Assembly: GCA_964016885.1 (NCBI GenBank)
Contig: OZ024740.1
Location: forward strand, 48,174,001 to 48,238,000
Length of the DNA stretch: 64,000 nt
Origin: Eledone cirrhosa
Taxonomy: Eukaryota
Direction of reading: 5' to 3'
Shown: in pieces, positions 36,599 to 46,702 of the stretch
Numbering within the stretch: position 1 is the stretch's first letter
How the letters are laid out: each line of letters starts with the position of its first letter
Position numbers and translations under genes: made by a program
The notes under the pieces: model-generated
Seen by the model: the letters and a program-made list of their open reading frames with translations, nothing else
Databases searched by the model: none
Told to the model about the DNA's origin: nothing

Positions 36599-38817
36599 GT
36601 AAGTTTTTTAAACATGATTATTTTAGTTATTGGAATTCTGAGCAATCTAATAACTTCAGATACCAGTGTCTGGAATATCATACGACTTCCTAGACATGCA
36701 AAAATTTAAACAATTTTCATCATTTTTTCTAAAAGTCCCTCGCAACCACCGTCTTTGCATATATACAATTCAAAATACTAAATATATATAGCACTCACAT
36801 TTCGTGAAATATATTATAAGCTAATTTCACCAATTATCCGTGTTAAAGTAATCGTTATAGTTTATAATTATAACATCTCAAAATTGTTTTGAAAAGGAAA
36901 CACGAATTACGAAAAGATAAATTTATTTATTTTCCTTTCTTGCTAAATGTTAGAATTATATTTTAACAAAACATTTAATTTTTCAAAAAGAGTTAATTAG
37001 AAGCAGAAATATTCAATGTGGATCCACTACTGTTCATAATCATCAAAAATTGTACGATAATCGTGTTTCGGTTGTTTATCAAAAGTATGTATACAACTAT
37101 GTATCTAGTCATCTACACTATTCATTTTGCAATTGTGTAAATTAACTAGTGTTTGTATAAACATAACACGCTCACACGCATACATATATGTGTGTATTTA
37201 TATATATATATATATATACACACACATATATATAGGGATTTGTATTTGTTTGGTAAGTGATTTGATCGAAGATAACATTTGATACACGTACCTATTATTT
37301 TGTAATACTACAAGGTATATATTACAAGGTATCAACAAATTTTGTTCTACATATACGTCCTGTTTGTTCATCGACTCTACCCCAATGTATATGTCCAGGA
37401 CGTAGATGTACAACCAAATTCTTTGATACTTTATCGTATATGTTACTGTTACAAAATAAACAAAAGAGGGTATAATAGTAGTGTGTGTTTTAAGCAACTA
37501 TAATGGCTCTACTGTGATGCAATACCTATCTATCAATATGTACATATATATAAACACACGCGCACATATATTTATAAGCAGTGTCCGCAGTTCGCCTTTT
37601 ACTATACATTCCTAACGTTTTATTGATACTCCACCGTACTTTATTCACTTAAACACTACCCCTCGTTTATTACTCTTCTGGTCCTTTTTGGTTCTACTTT
37701 TCATCGATAGTTACCAATGGGCTACCACTGTCTTCAGTGTAACTATTTTTGATAATCTCACAATATACAGTTTTTTGTTTTGTTTCTTGGGAGTGTGAAA
37801 TGTTCAATTTTTCTCATCCCCTTTTCAGTTGCGACATTTATCACAAGATTCGATGGGTCCCTTACAGTGTTATATCGCTTAAACGTCTCTTATTTTTGGA
37901 TAAGCCACTTTACCGTTTAGTTAAAATTCCAACAAGGTTCTTATTGACTATTTTTTTTCCTTTACGAACTATAATTGTGAATTGGCACCGGTTATGCCTG
38001 TGTAAGTATGTATTATCTTATTACATGGTTGTATAACCAATCCTGTATAAGTAATTAGATGTTTTATTTATATACTTGTAATCAAAAGTAACTACGGCAT
38101 TAGATATATAATAGTAATTTGTTTTACTTTATATGTTTAAGATAATGGGATATGTTAAATGGATTTTCTTCCTTGTCACATAATATTTTGAAAGACTACA
38201 ATTGTATTGTAGTAGCCAATAGTGGTGGCAACATCATATAAGAGCCCACCCTTAGTAATATCACTGTTAGAACTTTATTTTCATTTTATTTTTCATTCAA
38301 TAGTTATATTTTTAAATGTGATAAATTAAAAAATATATTGTTGTTTAGCTCTAAGTCAACATTAATCGAACAGACATATGGTCAAATGTAATCCAGCTGT
38401 GACCATCCTGTCAATTTGTATATCCAGCAACTACATTATCCAATGTTTTTCCTTTTTTAAGGCGGTAGGGTGTGATTTGAGAGATTTGGCTGCTAATTCT
38501 AGCAACATGCATAACTAGTGTTGGTGAATTATTTAACCCACTGAATCGTTGAAACCACAACTGAACATTTTTCCATTTATATATATACTAGCTGAGTAGC
38601 CCGTTGTTGCCTTGCAATAATCACAATAGTATGCCTTTATTTCGATTTTTTTTTTTATTCCATGTCTTCCCTGGAAGATAGTCCCCTTGATGAAGACGGA
38701 TTTCTTTATTAATTGGGTCAATTTATAATGTTTGTATAAACAATGTTTGTTGATTTTCCACCTGGTGCATAGATGTAAAGATTTTTCTAACTTCCTACTC
38801 TTGAACATCCAACATGT

Positions 38818-39183
38818 GCTCCCGCAAAGGGTGCTCTACGCCTTGGCCGACCAGGCCCGAAACCCAGGTTAATTAGACTGTCGTTTTCAAACTCGGCTGA
38901 GGCACGTTCATACCTTGTAGCCCCTGATAAAGCTACGCGTGAAAGTCGGAGTGCTTTCCGAACACGTCCTGGTCTTCCACCTGATGTCCGCCCAAAGTTG
39001 CGTGCTGCAGCTTCCCTAAACCGCAGCTCGGCAGAACATGAAAGCTTCAGCCTACGAGATGATGGGCAGATATGGAAGTTTGTTAAGGCTGGCGAATCAT
39101 GGAAAAGAGACACCAGCTGGTCTGAAAACACTGTACCCACAACAACTGACAATAAAGAAACTGAAAAAACTCTGGGAAACTAA
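38818..39183 (+). pseudogene. Probable CR1 ORF1 C-terminal remnant (open, no start)
   Basis: APAKGALRLGRPGPKPRLIRLSFSN...TLGN*. RLG..PR.I...F is typical of LINE ORF1 RRM/CTD regions. Confidence 0.7.
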
Positions 39184-39210
39184 ATCAGAGCAACCTGCCA
39201 TCCCCTGCAC

Positions 39211-41383
39211 AACTTGCTGCAGGCTACTGATGAAACCTGTGGCTGGAGCAGAGCTCCAACCAGACAGAGAGTGACCTGGTGGTGGAACAGCACAGTAGAT
39301 AAGGCTATTAGAGACAAAAGACTAGCATGGAAGGCTTGGAAAAAGGGTGGGAGTAGGGAAGAATATACAGCCACTAAGAGAGAAGCTAGACGTCAGGTGT
39401 ACTTAGCACGCAGGGAGGCAGAGAGTAGGAAGTTTGCCAATGTTCTGCGACGGGAAGATCAGAGGCGTGCGGTGTTCCACATTGCAAGGCAGTGTATCAA
39501 TGCAAATCAGGATGTTGTTGGTGATAAATGTGTCCGGGATGATGCCGGTGTACTTAGTGTCACGAATGACCAGAAAAAGGAGGCCTGGAAATGTCATTAT
39601 GAGAGACTGATGAATGTGGAGAACGAATGGGAGAGAGAGAAATTACCCTTGGTAGATCCGACAGAGGGACCAGCTATTGAGATTGACGAATATAGGGTCC
39701 AAGAGGCGATTAGGGAAATGAAAAATGGTAAGGCGGCCGGACCATCGGGAATAGTTGCTGAGATGCTGAAGGCATCAGGGGACGTAGGCACTAAACTGGT
39801 TGCACGCATCATCAATCAGGCTATATATGGTGGTGTCATACCCAAAGACTGGTGCAGCAGTATTCTCATAAATTGCTACAAAGGTAAAGGGGATGCTTTG
39901 GAGAGGAGCAATTATAGGGGTATAAAGCTGATAGATCAGGTTATGAAAGTGGCAGAAAGGATTTTAGCACAACTAATTAGAGAAAGGGTCAAACTAGATG
40001 AGATGCAGTTTGGTTTTGTGCCTGGGAAGAGTACAACAGATGCCCTCTTCTTGGTGAGACAAATGCAAGAGAGGTTCTTAGAGAAGAATAAGCCACTATA
40101 CTTAGCCTTTGTTGACCTAGAGAAGGCCTTTGATAGGGTACCCCGATCTGTCATCTGGTGGTCCCTAAGGAAGCTGGGTGTTGAGGAATGGCTTGTGAGG
40201 ACAGTGCAAACTTTGTACAGAGGTACTCTCAGTAAAGTCAGGGTAGGAATGGAGTTTAGTGAGGAATTCCAGATACAAGTAGGAGTACATCAGGGTTCGG
40301 TCCTCAGCCCGCTCTTGTTCATTATAGTCCTCCAAGCCATAACAGAGGAGTTTAAGACTGGCTGTCCATGGGAACTTCTCTATGCTGACGATCTGGCTCT
40401 TATGGCAGAATCAGTAGAGGAGCTAGAGAATAAATTCCGGCTATGGAAACAGCAGTTGGAAGCAAGAGGACTGAGAGTAAATCTAGCTAAGACAAAAGTG
40501 TTGATGAGTAGAAAAGAGGACAAAACCCTGATTCCGTCAGGGAAATGGCCATGTTCGATATGCAGAAAAGGAACTGGCATAAATTCTATAAAATGCACAC
40601 AATGCAGGTCCTGGGTACACAAGAGATGTAGCGGGATAGCAGGCAAACTAACAGGTAGGGAGAAATATGTATGCAGTAGATGTACAGGGAAATTAGACAG
40701 TAGAAGTCGCACTGATAGACACATTTTTCAAATGCGAGAGGGCGCTATAGAAGTGGTGGATAGCTTCCGGTACCTAGGAGATCAGATTAGCATGGGAGGA
40801 GGGTGTTCCGAGGCCATAGTATCTAGAATAAGGACGGGTTGGAAGAAGTTTAGGGAGCTGCTTCCTCTGTTGACGAAGAAGGGTTTCTCCCTGCGTACGA
40901 AAGGCCGGTTGTATGATGCCTGTGTGAGGAGCGCGATGCTGCATGGTAGTGAGACATGGGCAGCAACCGCAGAGGATATGCGACGGCTGGAGAGAAATGA
41001 GGCAAGCATGCTCCGTTGGATGTGCAGTGTAAATGTGCGTGAACGACCCAGCATAAATGTGTTGAGAGAGAAACTGTGTCTGAGAGGGATAGAATGTAGT
41101 GTACGGGAGAGGAGACTGAGGTGGTATGGACATGTGATGCGCATGGAGGATGACCGATGGGTGAAGAAGTGCCAGGAAATGCCAGTTGAGGGAAGACGTG
41201 GTAGAAGTAGACCACGAAAAACATGGGCGGAGGTGGTGAGAACAGACCTCAGATCATTGAAGCTCACGGTGGAGATGACGAGGGACCGTGACGAGTGGAG
41301 AGATGCTGTGCTGAATAAGACCCGTCCCACCCTTGCAAGCAGGGAAAAGCGGACATAAAATGATGATGATGATGATGATGATG
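39211..41383 (+). mobile_element. 5'-truncated RTE LINE with (GAT)n tail
   Basis: Starts at NLLQATDETCGW (cf. ANLLMATDEVCGW in the 50491 element). The stop at 41358 is followed by (ATG)8. Confidence 0.95.
39214..41358 (+). CDS. RTE reverse transcriptase, uninterrupted 714-codon frame (APE missing), with PHD-type finger
   Basis: KAAGPSG, FVDLEKAFD, GVHQGSVLSP, LYADD, then CSIC..CTQC..HKRC..CSRC, then thumb FRYLG and LRWYGHV. Confidence 0.92.
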   Translation: MLQATDETCGWSRAPTRQRVTWWWNSTVDKAIRDKRLAWKAWKKGGSREEYTATKREARRQVYLARREAESRKFANVLRREDQRRAVFHIARQCINANQDVVGDKCVRDDAGVLSVTNDQKKEAWKCHYERLMNVENEWEREKLPLVDPTEGPAIEIDEYRVQEAIREMKNGKAAGPSGIVAEMLKASGDVGTKLVARIINQAIYGGVIPKDWCSSILINCYKGKGDALERSNYRGIKLIDQVMKVAERILAQLIRERVKLDEMQFGFVPGKSTTDALFLVRQMQERFLEKNKPLYLAFVDLEKAFDRVPRSVIWWSLRKLGVEEWLVRTVQTLYRGTLSKVRVGMEFSEEFQIQVGVHQGSVLSPLLFIIVLQAITEEFKTGCPWELLYADDLALMAESVEELENKFRLWKQQLEARGLRVNLAKTKVLMSRKEDKTLIPSGKWPCSICRKGTGINSIKCTQCRSWVHKRCSGIAGKLTGREKYVCSRCTGKLDSRSRTDRHIFQMREGAIEVVDSFRYLGDQISMGGGCSEAIVSRIRTGWKKFRELLPLLTKKGFSLRTKGRLYDACVRSAMLHGSETWAATAEDMRRLERNEASMLRWMCSVNVRERPSINVLREKLCLRGIECSVRERRLRWYGHVMRMEDDRWVKKCQEMPVEGRRGRSRPRKTWAEVVRTDLRSLKLTVEMTRDRDEWRDAVLNKTRPTLASREKRT

Positions 41384-44158
41384 GAATCAAAGTACAAACT
41401 GTTGTCCTTGAATGCACATAGTCTATGCAATAAGATTCATCTTTTTGACTCCTACGTCAAAAGTATCAACCCGGACTTCATTACAGTCACGGAAACTTGG
41501 GCACATCCCTTACTCTGTGATGGGGTTTTCAGCATGACTGGCTACAACCTGTTTCGTAAAGACCGTATTAATCGTCGTGGTGGTGTAATGGTCTACGTTC
41601 GGTCAAATCTGTCGGCAATTCCTTGTGCTGATTTGAACCAATCACAGCAGGAAGTTTTTTGCTGCGATATACGTATGACCATGTCAACACTGCTACTTGG
41701 AGTCGTTTACCGTCCCCCAAATTACCATCAGGACACTCAACTTTGTGATATCCTCAGAGCTGCTGCCAGGAAGACAGCCACTTATGTTTTCATTGCAGGT
41801 GACTTCAATCACCCTGAGATTGACTGGGAGACCTTTCGTTGGCCGCCAAGTGCAAATGACTTCCTTGAGCTGGTGCTGGACTCGAGTTGGTCCCAGGTGG
41901 TCACCTCCCCAACGAGAGGTGACAACACTTTGGACCTACTCTTCACCACTACTCCTGAAACGGTCATTAGTGTTACTGCTGAGGAACCTTTAGGTGACTC
42001 TGATCATGCTATGATCATTGCCAATCTATCCCTCATGGGCAGTAATAAGAACCACAACCATCTCCAAACTGCTCACTTTGACTGGAATAAAGCAGACTGG
42101 AACTGTTACTGCACCGAGTTGCAACGGCCAAACTGGCTTGAGTTCTATGACTCTGGAGATGTCAACACTGTACTCCAGAACATCCTGAGCTCAATATGGA
42201 CAGCATGTGCAGCATTGGTGCCACGTAAGCGGAAGAAACATCCCAAAAGTGCAATTTGGGAGACTGCAGCAGTCCGTCTTGCCAGAAAAGAATGGCGCAA
42301 TGCTGAACGTGAGTACAAACTTCACAAATCAGACATTAATAGGAAGAGGCGAAATAGATCGTCCAACCACCTCAAACAGGTGACAAAAAAGGCAGTGCTT
42401 CAATTTGAGCAGCGCATAGCAACCAGCCCTGACAGTAAGGTGTTCTGGAAGTATGTTCACTCAAAGCAGAGGCCTCACTCTCCAGTTGGTCCTCTTCGCA
42501 ATCCTCACACAAGCCAGGTTACTGACGACCCCAAAGAATGCGCAGAACTCATTGCTGAATGCTATGCACTCATTTTCACTATTGAAGACCAGAGTGTACC
42601 ATCTCCATCACCTATGACACCGGATTCTATTACAACTATGGAATTTACACCTGCAATGCTGCGACGTCACCTTAAAAATAAATGGAACCATGCCTCTCCT
42701 GGTCTTGAAGGTGTTACGTACCTGCTTCTTAAACGTGGTGGGTACTTCCTTCTACACCAGTTATCACGCTTCTTCCAATTCTGTCTGAACAACAGTGCTA
42801 CTCCAGAACAGTCGAAAACTGCCAGTGTCATTCCTCTGTTCAAAAAGGGTGACCGCACATCACCTGTGAACTATCGTCCAGTCAGTCTTACTAGTTGCAT
42901 CGCCAAACTGATGGAATCCTGTGTCAGAGAAACACTTTGGAAATTCTGGAGCTCTCACAGTCTTATCCGGCCCTCGCAATTTGGATTTATCCTCAACTCC
43001 AGCTGCTGTGATCAACTTATAGAGTTTCTTGAGGACATCACCCGGATCACTGATGGCGGCTCATGGGTGGATGTTGTTTACCTTGACTTTGCGAAGGCCT
43101 TCAATTCTGTGCCACACAAAAGGCTTATGGCAAAACTCTCTGCAATGGGTGTGAAGGATGATTTTTTTAACTGGTTGAAGTCCTTCATTCTCAGTCGAAG
43201 AGAGGTAGTCACGGTTCTGGGACAGCATTCCTCACCATATGAGATGTCATCTGGTGTACCTCAGGGATCTGTTCTTGGCCCCCTTTTGTTTGTGGCATAT
43301 ATTAATGACATAGATGCCAACTTAAGGAATGCCACAGTACTAAAGTACGCAGACGACATCAAGCTGTACCTTGAGATAAAAAGGACAGATCCTGAACACT
43401 ATAGATCTTGCTTGCAGTCTGACCTGGACACAATGCAACAGTGGATCTCAGACTGGCAACTCAAGCTAGCTGTGGACAAGTGCACCACCATGCATTTTGG
43501 GAGTAAAAACCCAGCGTCCACATACTCCCTCCACAGCACTAATATCAAGAAGTCTTCCTGTGAACGTGACCTGGGCATTACGGTCAGCAGCGATTTGCGT
43601 TGGACGAGGCACGTCTCTAAAATTGTCAAGAGGGCCGAGGGTGTCTTAGCATCACTCAGCAAGACCTTTGTCAGCCGCTCTCCAGATATCTATTTAAGGC
43701 TGTATACAGCTATGGTGCGACCACACTTAGAATTTGCATCACCAGTCTGGAACCCCTATCTTGCTCAGGACATTGACCGCCTGGAAACTGTTCAGAGACG
43801 TGCAACCAAGCGAATACCCTCCATCAGGCATCTACCATACTCTGAGCGCCTTGCTTCCCTGGGCATGGATTCATTGAAGCTCCGACGCCTGGCAACTGAC
43901 TTGGTAAACACCCATAAAATTGTTAACCATGTTGCCAACAACAACCCTGAGTGCCTTTTCGATTTCCATGTGTCTAACACACGTGGACATGCCCACAAAG
44001 TAAGAAAACAGCACAGTTCCCATGACTTTCGGAAACATTTTTTCACACTCAGAGTTGCTGAAGCATGGAACAAACTACCTGCATCAGTTGTTAGCTGTCG
44101 AGACACTGCATCCTTTAAGGCCTCCATGCTTCCCGAGATCCGCCAACACTACAGCTAA
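41360..44158 (+). CDS. CR1-clade ORF2 (APE endonuclease + reverse transcriptase), intact, 932 aa from the first tail ATG
   Basis: VTETW, YRPP, GDFNH, TLDL, SDH. SPG, YRPVSLTS, YLDFAKAF, GVPQGSVLGP, YADD, RDLG, VRPHLE, FFTLRV..WNKLP. No stops. Confidence 0.96.
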   Translation: MMMMMMMMESKYKLLSLNAHSLCNKIHLFDSYVKSINPDFITVTETWAHPLLCDGVFSMTGYNLFRKDRINRRGGVMVYVRSNLSAIPCADLNQSQQEVFCCDIRMTMSTLLLGVVYRPPNYHQDTQLCDILRAAARKTATYVFIAGDFNHPEIDWETFRWPPSANDFLELVLDSSWSQVVTSPTRGDNTLDLLFTTTPETVISVTAEEPLGDSDHAMIIANLSLMGSNKNHNHLQTAHFDWNKADWNCYCTELQRPNWLEFYDSGDVNTVLQNILSSIWTACAALVPRKRKKHPKSAIWETAAVRLARKEWRNAEREYKLHKSDINRKRRNRSSNHLKQVTKKAVLQFEQRIATSPDSKVFWKYVHSKQRPHSPVGPLRNPHTSQVTDDPKECAELIAECYALIFTIEDQSVPSPSPMTPDSITTMEFTPAMLRRHLKNKWNHASPGLEGVTYLLLKRGGYFLLHQLSRFFQFCLNNSATPEQSKTASVIPLFKKGDRTSPVNYRPVSLTSCIAKLMESCVRETLWKFWSSHSLIRPSQFGFILNSSCCDQLIEFLEDITRITDGGSWVDVVYLDFAKAFNSVPHKRLMAKLSAMGVKDDFFNWLKSFILSRREVVTVLGQHSSPYEMSSGVPQGSVLGPLLFVAYINDIDANLRNATVLKYADDIKLYLEIKRTDPEHYRSCLQSDLDTMQQWISDWQLKLAVDKCTTMHFGSKNPASTYSLHSTNIKKSSCERDLGITVSSDLRWTRHVSKIVKRAEGVLASLSKTFVSRSPDIYLRLYTAMVRPHLEFASPVWNPYLAQDIDRLETVQRRATKRIPSIRHLPYSERLASLGMDSLKLRRLATDLVNTHKIVNHVANNNPECLFDFHVSNTRGHAHKVRKQHSSHDFRKHFFTLRVAEAWNKLPASVVSCRDTASFKASMLPEIRQHYS

Positions 44159-44270
44159 CACATACACACATGTACTTCCCTGACATTTGTGTATTATTCT
44201 ATGTACTTTCTTGACGAGTTGTAGTGCACCTGAGCACTTTACACAATAATTTCATTATTATTATTATTAT

Positions 44271-45120
44271 ACAGCTGACCATAGGTGGAACAGGGCTCTT
44301 CAACGTGTAAACCAACAACCAAAAATGTTGGTCCTTGTGATTTGTTGATGGTCATGGCAAAACTAAGACTCATTGGAAATTGAAGTTGTTTGAATTGAAA
44401 TGGGACATCAGTGGAGGTCAGGAATTTTGGGAACCAACACGCCCTCTCTCCTACCACATTCTGTTGAAATAGTGGCTTGAATCATATGTGGATACATATT
44501 TTTTAACAACCAATCAAGTGCTGTTGCATAGACTTGGTGGGTCCTAATTCTTCAATAACATGATGGGTGCACCTTCTTTACACTGAAGGACATGCGGAGG
44601 CATTTGTGGTGGTTGTAAAGAGTTGAGAAACTCTGTCAGGTAATTGACTGCTTCTGACTGTTCTACCATAGTGTTGACAGATCAATAGAGCTTTGAAACC
44701 TTGGGAATTCTTTTTAACAGCTCTTGATTTACCAGTTTCACAGTCACATTTTGGGGGGGGGGGGCAATATAGCCCTTTCACTGAGCCCTTGTGACTTGCG
44801 AACTGATATTTAAGATTAGGGAACACTTTTTCTATGAGCTGGAATAATGATTCCACCAATGTATCTATGGGGCTTATATCAATATCTCCCTTGCTATCTA
44901 CAGGAAGTTTTCTGTCCCCAAGCATTAATAGATTCTGGGCAAACTATTCTGATTGTTCATCTCCACCAAGATAAACCCTTTTTATAGCAAGCTTCAAAAC
45001 TTTAATACAAGTCCAAAGTGTTGATTTTTTTTTTTTTTTTTTTTTTTTTTGCTCAGATTTGATCAATCCTATTGCCTTTTGGAATAACTGGGAGAATTTG
45101 TTCAAAATCTCCTCCTCCTA
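44271..45120 (-). pseudogene. Helitron Pif1-type helicase remnant, continuing at ~38718-38815
   Basis: GGDFEQILPVIPKG, FQFKQLQFPMSLSFAMTINKSQG...YGQLY. It resumes VGCSRVGS*KNLYIYAPGGKSTNIVY left of the CR1. Confidence 0.9.
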
Positions 45121-45194
45121 TCACTCCCACCATCACCACTACCACCACCATAGAAGATATAGAAAGAGAGTGTAGTAAAGATATATACAGAGAG

Positions 45195-46300
45195 CTTTGC
45201 AGCCTCCGTCTCGGACATGCAGTCCATTCTCCACCAGGTACATGTGACCCCCAAAGAGGATGTCCTCATCCTCGGATCACCGATCTACCCGCCGGCCATC
45301 TGCTCCACCATCAGTTCCAGGCTTCAACAACTCCAGACTCTCACGAGCCGACTGGGCTTGATTGACGGCCACCCAGCTCTCTTTCTGTTGAGGAACTGCT
45401 TCGCCATGCCGAAGCTCCTCTATACCCTTCGCAGCGCTCCGTGCTACACCCACACATCTCTCTTCGCTGACCTTGATACTTGTATCCGAGCAGCAGCCGA
45501 GGAGATATGCAATGTCAAGTTTGACGACATTGTATGGCAATAGGCCACTTTACCTGTCAGGTTTGGCAGCCTTGGCCTCCGGTCCCCGATCTCGCTGGCT
45601 TTGCCAGCATATATTTCGTCGGTAACCTCGTGCCATGCCTTGCCCTCCTTCTCCACTGACACGCAGCTAGACAACCATAGCCTGTGCATTGGCGTTTCCT
45701 TGAGGCTCGGGCTCTGGATCTGCGAGCTACCCCAATATCGCTGCGGATCCACCATGGACTCTTTCGGCCTCCAGCCGCTTTCCTGTCGCCACAGTGCCGG
45801 CCGCCTTCCACGCCATGCTGCCCTCAACGAGGTCATAAAGCATGGCTTGAATGCTGCGGGCTTCCCTTCCCAGCTCGAGCCAGTGGGGCTGGACTGAGGG
45901 GACGGCAAAAGGCCAGATGGCATGACCATCTTCCCGTTCCGTGGTGGCAAACCCCTCGTCTGGGATGCTACTTGCACCAACACTTTTTGCAGCCGCAACC
46001 TGGTACAGTCTGCCACTAACCCAGGTTCTGCTGCACGTCGGACTGAGGAGGCCAAGCTCCTCAAATACCGGTCGCTCTCCAACAGGTTTGCGGTTGTACC
46101 CCTAGCAGTGGAGACTTCTGGTGTCCTCGGCCCAAGGGCTACCTCCCTACTCACCACCATAGGCTGTGAGCTGGCCAGCCGCAGGTGTGAACCCCTCGAG
46201 TTGGAGTGGATCTTTCCAGCGCGTCTCCCTTGCCGTCCTCCGCGAGAACGCCATCTCCATCCTGTCCGCCAGGGCTGTGGGGGGAGGCCCCATCGCATAA
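45195..46300 (+). mobile_element. Fragment of an RLE-type (CRE-like) non-LTR retrotransposon
   Basis: GC-rich block: ILGSPI..ALFLLRNC..KLLYTLR..LPVRFGSLG, C-x-CG..[46 protein letters not shown]. Stops and an internal deletion. Confidence 0.8.
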
Positions 46301-46604
46301 CATTCCATATTTAGGTATCCAGATTAATGGTTTACAGAGGGGAAAAGCGTAACATAGAGAAACAGATAGAGAGAAGCATTGTAACAGTTGTGGATTCTAA
46401 TGATATTCAATATTGGTGATCTTGAAGTTGATTTATATCTCGTAGCAATTAAATTTTTTGATAACTAACGACCCTAAAACATTCACCTTGGGGCGCAGAT
46501 TTCGAAAATGAAAACTGTTTTTCTTTAAGATGCACTATTTTGGAGCCTTTGGAAGACATACACATATACACACTTACATTCTCATTTATAGTATTTATAT
46601 AGGA

Positions 46605-46702
46605 GGAGATGACGAAGGACCGTGATATGTGGAGAGATGCTGAATAGAACCCATCCTACCCTTGCAAGCAGGGAAAAGCGGACGTAAAATGATGATGATG
46701 AT
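46605..46702 (+). mobile_element. Short RTE 3'-end fragment; others at ~48473-48521(-), 48650-48790(+), 54267-54307(+), 54390-54680(-), 61203-61570(-)
   Basis: CCCTTGCAAGCAGGGAAAAGCGGACGTAAAA(TGA)n, as at 41330-41383. Confidence 0.85.

Larger units (their letters stand above)
38816..44270 (+). mobile_element. CR1-clade LINE: 5'-truncated in ORF1, intact ORF2, (TTA)n tail, with an RTE inserted at the ORF1/ORF2 junction
   Basis: Splits Helitron helicase YGQLY|VGCSRVGS exactly. ORF1 remnant, ORF2, 3' UTR stem GTGCACCTGAGCAC and ATT repeats are in order. Confidence 0.9.
38588..46604 (-). mobile_element. Defective Helitron family C with nested CR1, RTE and CRE-like LINEs
   Basis: Minus-strand 3' end ...AACGGGCTACTCAG-CTAG|T at 38588. 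5' end TCCTATATAAATACTATAAATG at 46604. Pif1 remnants lie on both sides of the insert. Confidence 0.75.

Noticed and set aside
39226-39240. CTGATGAAAC as a hammerhead core
   Set aside because: No helix II. It is RTE coding sequence (ATDET).
41333-41359. ORF-track start (MQAGKSGHK) for the 941 aa protein
   Set aside because: A TTG inside the RTE end. The eukaryotic start is one of the ATGs at 41360-41383.
45444-46298. 284 aa minus-strand ORF
   Set aside because: Antisense to the GC-rich CRE-like fragment, with no motifs of its own.
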